DNA of 64,000 nucleotides from Corallococcus sp. AB038B (GTDB lineage Bacteria; Myxococcota; Myxococcia; Myxococcales; Myxococcaceae): NCBI RefSeq assembly GCF_003668955.1, contig NZ_RAWO01000002.1, positions 279,605 to 343,604 of the forward strand, read 5' to 3'. Shown piece by piece: positions 43,793 to 53,579 of this stretch (position 1 is its first letter; each line of letters starts with the position of its first letter). The notes under the pieces were generated by a model. It saw only the letters and a program-made list of their open reading frames with translations, ran no database searches and was not told where the DNA came from. The position numbers and the translations under genes were made by a program.

Positions 43793-45420
43793 AGTTCACC
43801 GAACAGCTGAAGGTGACGCTGGACCTCAAAGCCGGAGACGAGGCCTTCAAGCTGCCCGCGGGCAGCATCAAGCGCCTGTCCGTGAAGGCGCACTCCTACG
43901 GCTTCGAGGCGGAGGTGGAGTGGTGGGTGCTCTGCAAGGAGAGCGGGGACGAGGACAAGCTCTTCACGCCCTTCACCGACACGAAGCCCCTGACGGCGAC
44001 GCTGACCGTGGACCGCCGCTACGGCGCGCAGGCGGAGGGGCGCGAGGGCGCGGAGGCCCTGCCGCTGAAGCTCATTGGCCGGGTGGAGGAGCGCCACGTC
44101 CGTGAGCGCTCGCTGGCGAACGTGAAGGACTCGCCGGTGATGCAGCGGCGCTACCGCATCCGCCTGGTGGACCCCGCCGCGATGCTGTGGCGCCGCCACT
44201 TCCCCAGCGGCGTGTGGGTGGATGAGACGCTGCAAGCGGTCATCCAGGCGAACACGCCCGGCGGGCTGGACGTGGCCTACGAATGGGAGGCCGCGGGGAC
44301 GAAGCACGGCCTTCACGCGCTGGGACTGGGCGCGGATGACGACTCCGGCGCCAGCTTCCTGGACTTCCTGCACTGGGTGCAGGCTCGCATGCACGCGGGC
44401 ATGTTCCTGGACTACGCGGAAGGGAAGTACACGCTCGCGGACGCGAAGCCCGAGGGCGGCGAGGCGCTGGTCTTCACCCGCGACGAGGTGAGGCAGGTGG
44501 ACCTGCGCTACCCGGAGCCGCGCCGGGACGCGCTGTCGGTGCTCAACAGCTACGTGGACGCCGGCACGAAGCGCAAGGCGGTGGAGAACGCGGACGCCAT
44601 CGCGGGCGTCATCACCGAGTGTCTGGTCACCTCCACGCTGGAGGGCACGCTCACGGACCGGGTGACGCTGGAGACGAAGTGCCAGCAGCTGGAGGGCCCG
44701 GAGCTGCGGCTGTCCTTCGCGGGCTACCCTCGCGCGTCGCTGGTGCTCAACGGCCTCTACACGCTGGGGGACTTCAGCACGCAGGCCGCGACGCACGGCA
44801 AGCAGTACCGGCTGCACGCGCTGGAGCTGGACGCGCGCGCCGTGGAGGCCGACGCCGCGCATGATCCGGACAGCGACGCCAACGACTACGAGCTGAAGTT
44901 GAAGGCCACGCTGGAGGAGGCGGCGGACCCCACCTTCCGGCGCCCTCGCTTCCGGCCGCCGCGCTGGCCCTTCCTCGCGGAGGGGCGGGTGGTCAGCGAG
45001 GAGGGCGGGGATCCGGACCGCACGTATCAGATCCGCCAGGACGACGAGACGTCGGTGGAGTCGTACCGGGTGAAGCTGCCCTTGTGGGACAAGGAGGTGC
45101 TCGTCCCCTATGAGCCGCACCAGCAGCCCGGGCACTTCTACTTCCCCATGGACAAGGGGACGCGGGTGCTGGTGTCGCTGGGCTACCAGCACGCGCGCAT
45201 GGACCGCTTCCTGGAATGGCGCCCGGGCGCCCGGCTCCCCAAGGAGTCGCAGGGCAACCACCTGCTGTTGGGCAAGACGGACAAGAGCGAGACGTCCATC
45301 CAGCACCTGTACCAGGACTCGAAGCCGATGCTGCGCATCCAGCGCACCCTGGAGAAGGACACCCAGCTCATCGAGGTGACCGAGGGCCGGATGTTCCTGC
45401 GCGTGCAGGAGGGGGACTAG
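43789..45420 (+). CDS. vgrG: Short VgrG (TssI): gp27-like + gp5 OB-fold module without a C-terminal beta-helix
   Basis: RRYRIRLVDPAAMLWRRHFPSGVWVDETLQAVI matches the VgrG RYF.GIV..RY...L.PWLW.L..R..SRIFQD block. A later ASFLDFLHWV block is also present. Length 543 aa is about 150-200 aa shorter than typical VgrG. Confidence 0.65.
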   Translation: MKFTEQLKVTLDLKAGDEAFKLPAGSIKRLSVKAHSYGFEAEVEWWVLCKESGDEDKLFTPFTDTKPLTATLTVDRRYGAQAEGREGAEALPLKLIGRVEERHVRERSLANVKDSPVMQRRYRIRLVDPAAMLWRRHFPSGVWVDETLQAVIQANTPGGLDVAYEWEAAGTKHGLHALGLGADDDSGASFLDFLHWVQARMHAGMFLDYAEGKYTLADAKPEGGEALVFTRDEVRQVDLRYPEPRRDALSVLNSYVDAGTKRKAVENADAIAGVITECLVTSTLEGTLTDRVTLETKCQQLEGPELRLSFAGYPRASLVLNGLYTLGDFSTQAATHGKQYRLHALELDARAVEADAAHDPDSDANDYELKLKATLEEAADPTFRRPRFRPPRWPFLAEGRVVSEEGGDPDRTYQIRQDDETSVESYRVKLPLWDKEVLVPYEPHQQPGHFYFPMDKGTRVLVSLGYQHARMDRFLEWRPGARLPKESQGNHLLLGKTDKSETSIQHLYQDSKPMLRIQRTLEKDTQLIEVTEGRMFLRVQEGD

Positions 45421-45423
45421 GCC

Positions 45424-47091
45424 ATGCGGATGGATGAAGCGCTCTACGCGTCGTTCCTGGAGGAGCTCCAGGCGCTGGAGAAGTTCCGCCTGGGATACAC
45501 GGCCCTGCACCCTTCCGCGCCGCTGGACGGCGAGGACGCGGACGTGCGGCGGCTCACGGAGGCCATGGCCCTGTTCACCGCTCGCACGCGCCGGGCGGGG
45601 CAGCGCGCGCTGGAGCGCAGCACGCTGCGGCTGTTCCAGCAGCACTTCGCCTACCTGCTCAATCCCATTCCCGCCATGGCCATGTTCCGCGCGGAGCCGG
45701 ACGCGCGCTTCGTGGACGCCGCGGAGCTGCCCCGGGGCACGCCCTTCCTCCTCAACCCGGGCCTGGGGGGGGGGCCCACCGGGCCGCTCTCCCTGCGCAC
45801 GCTGGCCCCGATGCGGCTGTTGCCCGTGCGGCTCACGCAGGCGCGGCTGGAGCGCCAGGGCGACGACGGCGCGCTGTTGCGGCTCGTCTTCGAAGGCGGC
45901 TTCCCGCGCAACGACTCACCCGGCGAGGTGCGGCTGCACATCAACCACCTCAACGACTTCCGGGCGTCCCTGGCGGTGTTCTTCCAGCTGAAGAGCGCCG
46001 TGCGCTCCGCCACCGTGTGCTTCGACGACGGGGCGGTGGAGCACGAGGTGAAGCCCTTCGACGCGCATTCGGGCCCGGTGCGCTTCGGCTCGCCCCGGCC
46101 GGTGGCGGCGGATGGCGAAGCGTCCGAGCACCCGTTGCAGCGGCTGCGGCAGTTGTTGCACTTCCCGCAGCAGGAGTTGTTCCTGGAGGCCCGCATCCCG
46201 CCGGCCCCCCGCAACTGGCAGGGCTTCACGCTGACGCTGCGCCTGGCGGGCCGCTGGCCGTCGGAGCTGGTGGTGGGGCCGGACTCGTTCGTGGCGCACG
46301 CGGTGCCAGTGGTGAACCTGCAGCGCGCCATGGCGGCGCCCGTGGAGCACGACGGCACGAAGGAGCGGCACGCGGTGCAGCACCCGGATTCGTCCATGGG
46401 CTTCCGGCTGAACGCTGCCACGGGCGTGTACCAGCTGACCCCGAAGGGCATGGTGCCCCTGCGCCCTGGAGCCATCTCCGGAGGCGCGGACACGTACGAG
46501 CTGGAGCACGAAGGCCAGGCCCTGGCGCGCACGTCGTGGCTGGCGCTGGACATGCCGGACGCGTTCCTCAAGCCGGTGCGGCTGGGCGTGGATGGCCTGT
46601 GGCACCAGCCGCTGCCGCCGCGTTTCGATGCGCGGGGCTACCGGCCGGTGCTGGCGGACCGCTTCCTGGAAGGCGTGCCGTGGAGCCTGGTGGGCGCGGT
46701 GGCGCCCGGCGGGGACAACCCGGTGGAGCACGGGCAGCAGGCCCTGTTGCAGCTCCTGGCGCTGCGCACGCAGCGGTTCCTGGGGCGCGAGGACCTGCTG
46801 TTCCTCCTGGATGTGCTGGGCGTGCGGACGCAGCGGCACTTCCGGGATCTGCTGCCGTCCCTCACGGAGGTGTCCGTGAAGTCCAAGCCCTTCGCCCGGA
46901 GCGCCGCGGGCTTCAAGTACGTGTACCAGCTGGGCTTCGGGCCCATGGACGCGTCGCTGTTGCCGCTGGTGGACCTGTTGTGCGGCCGGCTGGTGGAGCT
47001 GTTCGCCGTCTGGAGCGCGGAGGACGTGGTGGAGCTGGAGGTGCGCCTGCCGCAGCGGGAGGCGCCCCTGCGCTACGTGCCCCTGCCGTGA
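45424..47091 (+). CDS. tssF: T6SS baseplate subunit TssF
   Basis: N-terminus YASFLEELQALEKFRLGY...LFTARTRRAG...LFQQHFAYLLNPIPAM matches the TssF signature. Length is 555 aa. Confidence 0.8.
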   Translation: MRMDEALYASFLEELQALEKFRLGYTALHPSAPLDGEDADVRRLTEAMALFTARTRRAGQRALERSTLRLFQQHFAYLLNPIPAMAMFRAEPDARFVDAAELPRGTPFLLNPGLGGGPTGPLSLRTLAPMRLLPVRLTQARLERQGDDGALLRLVFEGGFPRNDSPGEVRLHINHLNDFRASLAVFFQLKSAVRSATVCFDDGAVEHEVKPFDAHSGPVRFGSPRPVAADGEASEHPLQRLRQLLHFPQQELFLEARIPPAPRNWQGFTLTLRLAGRWPSELVVGPDSFVAHAVPVVNLQRAMAAPVEHDGTKERHAVQHPDSSMGFRLNAATGVYQLTPKGMVPLRPGAISGGADTYELEHEGQALARTSWLALDMPDAFLKPVRLGVDGLWHQPLPPRFDARGYRPVLADRFLEGVPWSLVGAVAPGGDNPVEHGQQALLQLLALRTQRFLGREDLLFLLDVLGVRTQRHFRDLLPSLTEVSVKSKPFARSAAGFKYVYQLGFGPMDASLLPLVDLLCGRLVELFAVWSAEDVVELEVRLPQREAPLRYVPLP

Positions 47092-47092
47092 G

Positions 47093-47479
47093 TCACTTCA
47101 CCTGGGTCTTCGTCTGGGCGGTCATGTTGATCTTGATCATGCCGCCATAGGCGCAGGTGCACGTGCACGTGTCGGTGAGCGCCGGCTTGCCCTTGATCAC
47201 CACGGTGGGCGAGCCCGGCGTCCACGGTGCGGGAATCACCGGCAGGCACGGCATGGGCGTGAGGACGCCCATCGCGGCGGCGGTGGCGGTGGCCACGGTG
47301 GGGTTCGCCATGGACTTGCACATGACGAAGGGCGGCACGTTCATGCCCGGGACGTTGTCCATGATGGTGGCCGCCGGCGCGGTGGAGTTCACCTTGTTGG
47401 CGGGCAGCACCGACAGCGTCGAGGGCGCCATCCCGAAGCTGCACTGGAGCATGGCTCCGGACACGACCTGGATTCCCAT
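47093..47479 (-). CDS. Stand-alone PAAR-like protein (DUF4280-type)
   Basis: 128 aa. Conserved Cys pattern (MLQCSFG, FVMCKS, MPCLP, LTDTCTCTCAYGGMIKI). Its ATG overlaps the upstream gene stop by 1 nt. Confidence 0.55.
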   Translation of the reverse strand: MGIQVVSGAMLQCSFGMAPSTLSVLPANKVNSTAPAATIMDNVPGMNVPPFVMCKSMANPTVATATAAAMGVLTPMPCLPVIPAPWTPGSPTVVIKGKPALTDTCTCTCAYGGMIKINMTAQTKTQVK

Positions 47480-49161
47480 CAGCGTGACTCCACCCGGGCG
47501 CGCAGTGACGTGAGCGCCTGGAACAGGGGGTCTCCTGATTTCAGCTTCAGGGAGCCCATGAAGTACTGCGCACGGCACCACTCTTCATCCAACGGCCCGT
47601 CCTGCTGTCCGTTCAGGCGCCGCGCGTGGAGCGCGAAGCGCTCGATGCGGTCCGGCAGTGCGTCCGCGCCCAGGGCCTGTTCAATGCGGCGGCGCACGTC
47701 CGCTTCGCTGACCTCCACGCCGGGAGGCAGGTCGCCGGTGAAGACGACCAGCACGCTGCGATACGCGCCCGCCAGGCCGCTCTCCGGCACGGCCAGCCCC
47801 ACCGTGTCCAGCCGGGGGCCGGGAGGCTCGCGCAGCGCGTTCGCGACCTCCTCGAAGAGGAACACCCGTCCCTCGCGCCGGGGCTCGCGCACGCCCAGGT
47901 GGTGGTACTGGCCGCGCACCCGCGTCAGGACGACGTGCGCGAGCGGCCGTCCGGCGTCCGGCAGGGGGGTGAAGAGCCCCGTGTCTCCCACGGCGTCCTG
48001 CCCGCTGTCGGTGAAGTCGCGCAGCGCCCAGGCGCGCCCGGGCGCGGGGGCGATGTCCGTGTGCACGTCCGCCGCCACGCGCCGGTGCGAGCACAGCACC
48101 GCGCCTCCCAACGCCGGGTCCACGCACACGTTGCCGCCGGGCACGCTGGCCAGCCCGCAGGCCTTGAGCGCGTCGCGCCAGGCGTAGAAGTCGAAGGGCG
48201 CCTGCGGATCCCTGAACCACAGGCCCACGTTCTTGAGCGGAAGGCGCGCGCGGGCCACCAGGTCGCGCACGGCGGGCGTGAGGCCCAGGGCCCGCACGGG
48301 GTGCTCGGTGAGCAGCGTGGGAGTGACGTCCAGGTCCGCGGGCTCCACGTGCAGGTACGTCGCGCCGCGCAGGAGCGTGGTGAAGTACAGCGCCGGCAGG
48401 TGCTGGAGCGGGTGGAAGCCCGGCGCCGCCAGGTGGTCCCCCGGGTTCAGTCCGAAGGTCAGCAGCCCGTCCACCAGCGCGCTCCGCCACGCGTCCCCGG
48501 CGGTGAGCGGCACGGGCACGTCGCTGGGTTTGGCCAGCGGAGAGAAGAGCAGGCCCACCGGCTCGGAGGGCTTGTACGTGTACGACGCGAGCGCGGGCGG
48601 CACCTGCGTCTGCATGGGCAGGAGCCGCGAGGCGTGCTTGCCCAGGAGCGGCGCCTGGTGAGGCTCGGCGGCGATGTGTTGGGGCGCGAGCGCGTCCAGC
48701 CGGCGCGCCACGAAGGCGCGGGCCCCGGGCGGCAGGAGGCTCACGCACGCGCCCAGGCCCAGCGCGGCGCACAGCGACACCATCAGCTCCGCGCCCGGCG
48801 GCAGCATCAGGCACAGCTTCGCGCCCGGCTTCACCCCCAACCCCGCCCAGGCGGTGGCCCGCCGCGAGGCCTGCTCCTGGAGCTGGCGGTAGCTCAGCGT
48901 GCGCCAGCCCTGCGTCCGCGAGTACGCGCGCAGCGCGATGCGGTCCGTGGTGGCGTGGCGGGCCACCAGGTCGTGGAAGAAGTCGTGGTGCTGGCCGGTG
49001 CGGCTCTTGAAGGGCGTGCTCCGGCCGGCGTGGATGGGGGCCATCGCGGCGGCGAAGCCATCCGGATCCTCCCAGCTTCGCGCAAGCCACGCGGGCACGC
49101 TGTCCGGAGGCGGCTGGGTGCCGTCGAACGCGGAGAGGACGATGCGTGGCTCGAAGGTCAT
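47479..49161 (-). CDS. ANL-superfamily (adenylate-forming enzyme fold)-like protein lacking a canonical P-loop
   Basis: N-terminal region TLSYRQLQEQASRRATAWAGLGVKPGAKLCLMLPPGAELMVSLCAALGLGACVSLLPP follows the AMP-binding A1-A3 pattern. No (S/T)GTTGxPKG motif was found. Confidence 0.45.
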   Translation of the reverse strand: MTFEPRIVLSAFDGTQPPPDSVPAWLARSWEDPDGFAAAMAPIHAGRSTPFKSRTGQHHDFFHDLVARHATTDRIALRAYSRTQGWRTLSYRQLQEQASRRATAWAGLGVKPGAKLCLMLPPGAELMVSLCAALGLGACVSLLPPGARAFVARRLDALAPQHIAAEPHQAPLLGKHASRLLPMQTQVPPALASYTYKPSEPVGLLFSPLAKPSDVPVPLTAGDAWRSALVDGLLTFGLNPGDHLAAPGFHPLQHLPALYFTTLLRGATYLHVEPADLDVTPTLLTEHPVRALGLTPAVRDLVARARLPLKNVGLWFRDPQAPFDFYAWRDALKACGLASVPGGNVCVDPALGGAVLCSHRRVAADVHTDIAPAPGRAWALRDFTDSGQDAVGDTGLFTPLPDAGRPLAHVVLTRVRGQYHHLGVREPRREGRVFLFEEVANALREPPGPRLDTVGLAVPESGLAGAYRSVLVVFTGDLPPGVEVSEADVRRRIEQALGADALPDRIERFALHARRLNGQQDGPLDEEWCRAQYFMGSLKLKSGDPLFQALTSLRARVESR

Positions 49162-50198
49162 GGCGAGGGTGACGGCGCGGGTTCAGGGGGGAGCAGCTCG
49201 CGGGTGGGCACCGGCTCCACGCTCGAGTCCGGGACGTACTCCGGCCGCGTCTTGAACTCCTCCAGGCGCAGGTGGGGCACGGGCTCCGGGAGCACCTCCA
49301 TCCGGGGAGGAGGCTCCTGGCGGAACGACACGCCCAGGAGCACCCGGGCGATGGGCGTGCCCGGCGTGCGTCCCAGGCCGGGCCCCGCGAGCGCGTGCAG
49401 CTCCAGTCCCTCCGATAGCGGGATGCGTCCGCCGGCCAGCACCTCCACAGCGGGCTGGTCCATGTCCGCCGCGAAGGCGGCCTTCACCGCCAGTTCGCCG
49501 CGCAGGCCCTGTCCGGCCGTCGTCAACCCGGCGCCCAGGCGGACCTCCAGGGTCTGTCCGGAGGCGTTCGGCGCGGAGAGCGGGTTGCGCGAGCGCAGCA
49601 GCATGCCGGCCTCCAGCGCGGGCTTGAGGAACCCCACCTGCGTGCCGATGGCGGCCAGGGCGCGCACGCGGATGCCCGAGTCCCGGCCCAGCACCGCCGC
49701 GCTGCCGATGGGCAGCCCCACGCCCAGGTCCATGGCGAGGTCCACGGGGTGGTCGTCACGGCGCGACAACAGCCCCAGGCGCGCCTGTATCTCCGGGGTG
49801 CCCAGGCCCTGCGAGGCCAGCGGCGTCAGGCCCAGGGGCGCTGGATCATCCCCCTGCTGCCACAACACCACGGGGACCTGCGCGCCCACCTCCAGCCACG
49901 GCAGCACGCCGTAGCTGCCCGCCAGGACGGAGGACGCGCGGTTGCGCACGGCCTCCAGGCGGCGCTCGCCGTTGAGGAGCACGAGCGGCAGCTGTTGATA
50001 CTGGCCCACCAGCCCCAGGCTCATGCCGCCGGGCACCAGCAGCTCGCCGTTGCGCATCACCGCGGTTCCGCGGCCGGGGTTGATCTCCAGGTGCTCCAAT
50101 TCAAAGCCGGGAAGGGCGGACTGGGCCCAGGCGGGCAGGGCACTCAACAGGACCGCGGCGGCGGCGCCGTGCACTGACAGGAATTTGGGCATGGGCAT
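49158..50198 (-). CDS. Secreted or outer-membrane protein (signal peptide; alternating beta-strand pattern)
   Basis: Signal peptide AAAAVLLSALPAWAQS. Gly/Leu-rich amphipathic strands. A P/E-rich C-terminal tail. Its stop overlaps the downstream ANL-like ATG. Confidence 0.5.
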   Translation of the reverse strand: MPMPKFLSVHGAAAAVLLSALPAWAQSALPGFELEHLEINPGRGTAVMRNGELLVPGGMSLGLVGQYQQLPLVLLNGERRLEAVRNRASSVLAGSYGVLPWLEVGAQVPVVLWQQGDDPAPLGLTPLASQGLGTPEIQARLGLLSRRDDHPVDLAMDLGVGLPIGSAAVLGRDSGIRVRALAAIGTQVGFLKPALEAGMLLRSRNPLSAPNASGQTLEVRLGAGLTTAGQGLRGELAVKAAFAADMDQPAVEVLAGGRIPLSEGLELHALAGPGLGRTPGTPIARVLLGVSFRQEPPPRMEVLPEPVPHLRLEEFKTRPEYVPDSSVEPVPTRELLPPEPAPSPSP

Positions 50199-50408
50199 GA
50201 TGGCGCTCTGACCCGCTTCTGGCGGGACGCGCTCCCCCGGCCGACATCATACCCAGACAGCGATACGAAACATAGGCGTGCCCAGCGGTACGGATGAGCA
50301 GGAATGGGTCGGCGCCGCCCTGATGCATGGGGTTGGCGACCTGCCAAGTCCTGGTGTTCCGGCTCCGCGCTTGGGGCGGGGTGGGATGTGTGTATCTTTT
50401 TGTCGGCG

Positions 50409-52802
50409 TCAGGAGGCCGGCAACTCCACGATGAAGGTCGCGCCGTGGCCGGGCTGACTCTCCACGCGCAGGGTGCCGTGGTGGGCTTCGACAATCTGTC
50501 TGGTGATGAAGAGGCCCAATCCCAGACCGCCGTAATGCCGTGTCGACACGGCGCGGGTGAATTTCTCGAAGATGGCCTGGAGGCTCCCCGGCGAGATGCC
50601 GATGCCTTCGTCCCTCACGCTCAGCCTTGCCCGGCCGCGGACGTGCTCCACGCGAATCGTCACCGGGTGGCCCGTGCCGTATTTCAGCGCGTTGGACAGC
50701 AGGCTGCTCGCCACCTGTTCCAGCCGGTGGCGGTCCCAGCGGCCGACGACGCCCGGTGTCGCATGGACGATGAGCTCGCAGCCCGCCTTCGCCGCCTGGG
50801 CCTGGAAGCGCTCCACCGCGTCGCGCACCACGTCCACCAGGTCCACGTCCTCCAGTTGCAGCGGTGCGGAGGGGCCCGTGAGCTGCGTCACCTCCAGCAG
50901 GTCGTTGATGAGCGTGGTCATCTTCCTGATCTGCCCGGAGACGGTCTCCGCTGTCTTCACCACGCGCTCCCGCAGCGACTCCAGCGTCTGTTCCGCCTGC
51001 GCGTCCTTGACCAGGGATTGGAGCTTGAGCTGCAACGGTGTCAGCGGTGTCTTCAATTCATGCGACGCCACCGTCAGGAATTCATCCCGGAGCGACACGG
51101 CGTGCTGGAGCTGGGCCTGTGTCTTTCTCAGCTCCGTGACGTCCTGGAGCGCCAGGAGGACCGCCTCTGGATGGCCGTGCTGGGCGGGCAGGGTGCCCGC
51201 CTCCACCAGCAGCGAGTAGTGACCCGTGGGCGTGTGCCAGACGACCGGCTCCGCGTGCACGGGATTGCCCCTCACCGCGCGGATGCCAGGGATCTCCTCC
51301 ATGGTCAGCTCGCGGCCCGCTTCGTCCGTGAAGCGGTGCGCGCCGCGCATGTAGCTCTCCTCGCGCAGGCCCCCGGGGAAATCACCGCCGGCCATCTGCC
51401 GGGCCGCCTGGTTCGCGAAGATGATGCGGCCAGTCACGGGCTCCACCAGGATGATGGCCACGGGCGTCCGGTCCAGCATCGCCTCCAGCCACTGCTGCTG
51501 GTTCTTCAGGGACGCGGCGGACTCCTCCAGCTTCTTTCTCGCCTCCACCCGAACCGTCACGTCGACGGCGAACGACAGCACGGAGTCCACCTGGCCCCGC
51601 ACGTCGCGCAGTGGCTGGTACGCCACATCGAACTGCCGCGTCGACTGGACTCCGTCGCCCTGGAAGTCGGTGGTGACCGGGACCTCTTTTTCGATGAACG
51701 ACTCTCCCTGGCGATAGGCCTTCTCCAGGAGTCGCGAGTACACGGCCCCCCGTTCGTCCGCGACGTCCCTGACGGAGATGCCCATCAGGTCCGCGCCTCC
51801 CGACAGCACCTTGTAGAGGGGGTTCACCAGCGTGAAGACCTGCCGCTCTCCGTTGAGGATGGCGATGGACGCCGGGGCGCTCGTCAGCACGGAGCGCAGC
51901 CGCGCGCGCTCGTTCTCCACCTGGGCCTCCGCGTGCTTGCGCTCGGTGATGTCCTCCGCCGTGGACACCCACTCCCGGATGACACCGTTGTCGCCGAACA
52001 CGGGCACCGCCCGGCCCACGACGTCCCGGTAGCCCCCCGCGTGGAAGCGCAGGCGGAACTCACCCCGGTAGGACGCCTTCGTGCGCAGGGACTCCACCCA
52101 GCTGCGCACCACGCGCTTGCGGTCGTCCGGATGGATGGCCGAAAGCCAGCCCAGTCCCAGGTGCTCCGCGTGCGTCTGGCCCGTGAAGGCCAGCCAGCGC
52201 GGCGCGGGCTCCACCACCTCGCCCCGGGCGTTGGTGGACCACACCGGCTGCGACATGGCCTCCACCAGTGAGCGGTAGCGCTGCTCGCTGGCCTGGAGCG
52301 CGTCGTGGGCCCTGCGCTGTTCGGTGACCTCCGATACGATGACGCCGATGCCCAGCAACACGCCCGAGTTGGTGCGCACCGGGTAGTAGCTGACGAGGAA
52401 GTGGCGCTCCACGCCCACCTCCTTCGAGGTGGCGCCCACCACCTCCACCGTCTGCGCGCTCCCTCCCTCCAGGATGCGCTGATACTGGGGACGGAGGGTG
52501 GGCCACATCTCCGGGACGATGTCCTGCACCTTGCGCCCCAGGTGCGCGGCGCGCGGGATGCCATTCATGGCGGCGAGCGCGTCGTTGACCTGGACAAAGC
52601 GCTGCTCCATGTCCACCACCGCGAGGCCCACCGGCGTGCTCGCCACCAGCGTCTCGAGGAGCAGCCGGGAATGCGCGTCGGAGAGGGTCTCGATGGTCTC
52701 CGGGTCGAAGCTTGCGCTGGGGCTCTCCACGCGCGCCTCCTTTGACCCCGGCCCTTCCCGGCGAGCTTGGAGGCAGGGCCCCGTGACGCCGCTTCCCACC
52801 AT
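50409..52802 (-). CDS. Multi-PAS (x4) sensor histidine kinase
   Basis: Four PAS-like blocks, HisKA H-box ASHELKTPLTPL, and HATPase_c N/G boxes (LSNALKYG, GGLGLGLFI). ATG at 52802 is preferred over the upstream TTG. Confidence 0.8.
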   Translation of the reverse strand: MVGSGVTGPCLQARREGPGSKEARVESPSASFDPETIETLSDAHSRLLLETLVASTPVGLAVVDMEQRFVQVNDALAAMNGIPRAAHLGRKVQDIVPEMWPTLRPQYQRILEGGSAQTVEVVGATSKEVGVERHFLVSYYPVRTNSGVLLGIGVIVSEVTEQRRAHDALQASEQRYRSLVEAMSQPVWSTNARGEVVEPAPRWLAFTGQTHAEHLGLGWLSAIHPDDRKRVVRSWVESLRTKASYRGEFRLRFHAGGYRDVVGRAVPVFGDNGVIREWVSTAEDITERKHAEAQVENERARLRSVLTSAPASIAILNGERQVFTLVNPLYKVLSGGADLMGISVRDVADERGAVYSRLLEKAYRQGESFIEKEVPVTTDFQGDGVQSTRQFDVAYQPLRDVRGQVDSVLSFAVDVTVRVEARKKLEESAASLKNQQQWLEAMLDRTPVAIILVEPVTGRIIFANQAARQMAGGDFPGGLREESYMRGAHRFTDEAGRELTMEEIPGIRAVRGNPVHAEPVVWHTPTGHYSLLVEAGTLPAQHGHPEAVLLALQDVTELRKTQAQLQHAVSLRDEFLTVASHELKTPLTPLQLKLQSLVKDAQAEQTLESLRERVVKTAETVSGQIRKMTTLINDLLEVTQLTGPSAPLQLEDVDLVDVVRDAVERFQAQAAKAGCELIVHATPGVVGRWDRHRLEQVASSLLSNALKYGTGHPVTIRVEHVRGRARLSVRDEGIGISPGSLQAIFEKFTRAVSTRHYGGLGLGLFITRQIVEAHHGTLRVESQPGHGATFIVELPAS

Positions 52803-52931
52803 GGGAGTGGCCTGACTTGGAGGGTGTGCATCCCCGGCCCCGGTGGGCAATCCACACCGGCCCGGAGACGCGGCTGCCGCCTGGCTGGCACCCAATGACA
52901 GACAGGCAGCGGGCCAGTCCCTCCCGTTGGC

Positions 52932-53306
52932 TCATGCACGCGGAGGGCCGGGCCCCTCCTCGTCCGCTGGCTTGGATTGCCAGGGCCAGCGCCTGTCGAT
53001 CTCCACCTCCAGCGTGAAGCTGAGGAAGGTCCGGATGAGGACGATGAGGCCCAGGATGAGCACCTGCCTCAGCGTGGGCGCCCCCGCGACCGTGCGGATG
53101 ATGTCCGCCGCCACGAGCAGCTCCAGTCCCAGCAGGATGGCGCGGCCCAGGTAGTGGCGAAGCTGCCGGTACGCCTCCCCCTTCCGCGGACCCCGTACGT
53201 CCTGGAGGACGAGCGCCACGGACACCACCGTTCCCACCACCATCACGCCGACGCCCGCGGCGTCGAACCATTGGGCGGCCAGGGCCACCAGATCCTCGAA
53301 TCGCAT
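52932..53306 (-). CDS. DUF1622-family small membrane protein
   Basis: RQLRHYLGRAILLGLELLVAADIIRTVA...LIVLIRTFLSFTLEVE matches the DUF1622 core. ATG at 53306. Confidence 0.55.
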   Translation of the reverse strand: MRFEDLVALAAQWFDAAGVGVMVVGTVVSVALVLQDVRGPRKGEAYRQLRHYLGRAILLGLELLVAADIIRTVAGAPTLRQVLILGLIVLIRTFLSFTLEVEIDRRWPWQSKPADEEGPGPPRA

Positions 53307-53579
53307 CCACCGCTCCCCCTCCGGCAAAGGTGGTTTGCGACGCAGCGGACAGCCACCGCGATCCACCCTCCCCTCGGGATGGGAAGCCCGTCGGAATAGA
53401 CACACAAAATATCAAAGCAATACATGCGTGCAGTGTTGACGGCGGCCGGGCTCCTGATTCATTGTCGCCGCCCTTCGCGTGTCACAGCGGGAGTCGGGCG
53501 GTTTCCGAGGGGTGCCGGGGGGTGCCGTGACGCAGCAGCTTGAAACCAGACATGGCGTTACCCTGGAGGGTCGTTTCGC

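Larger units (their letters stand above)
30590..47479. other. Type VI secretion system (T6SSi-type) locus
   Basis: TssB, C, E, F, G, K, L, M, VgrG, a TssJ-like lipoprotein and a PAAR-like protein were recognised from motifs and lengths. No ClpV/TssH-like AAA+ gene is seen in the window. Confidence 0.8.

Noticed and set aside
47479-49161. Considered whether the 560-aa protein is the missing ClpV/TssH
   Set aside because: No Walker A/B AAA+ motifs and no Clp N-domain. The N-terminal half follows an AMP-binding (ANL) pattern instead.
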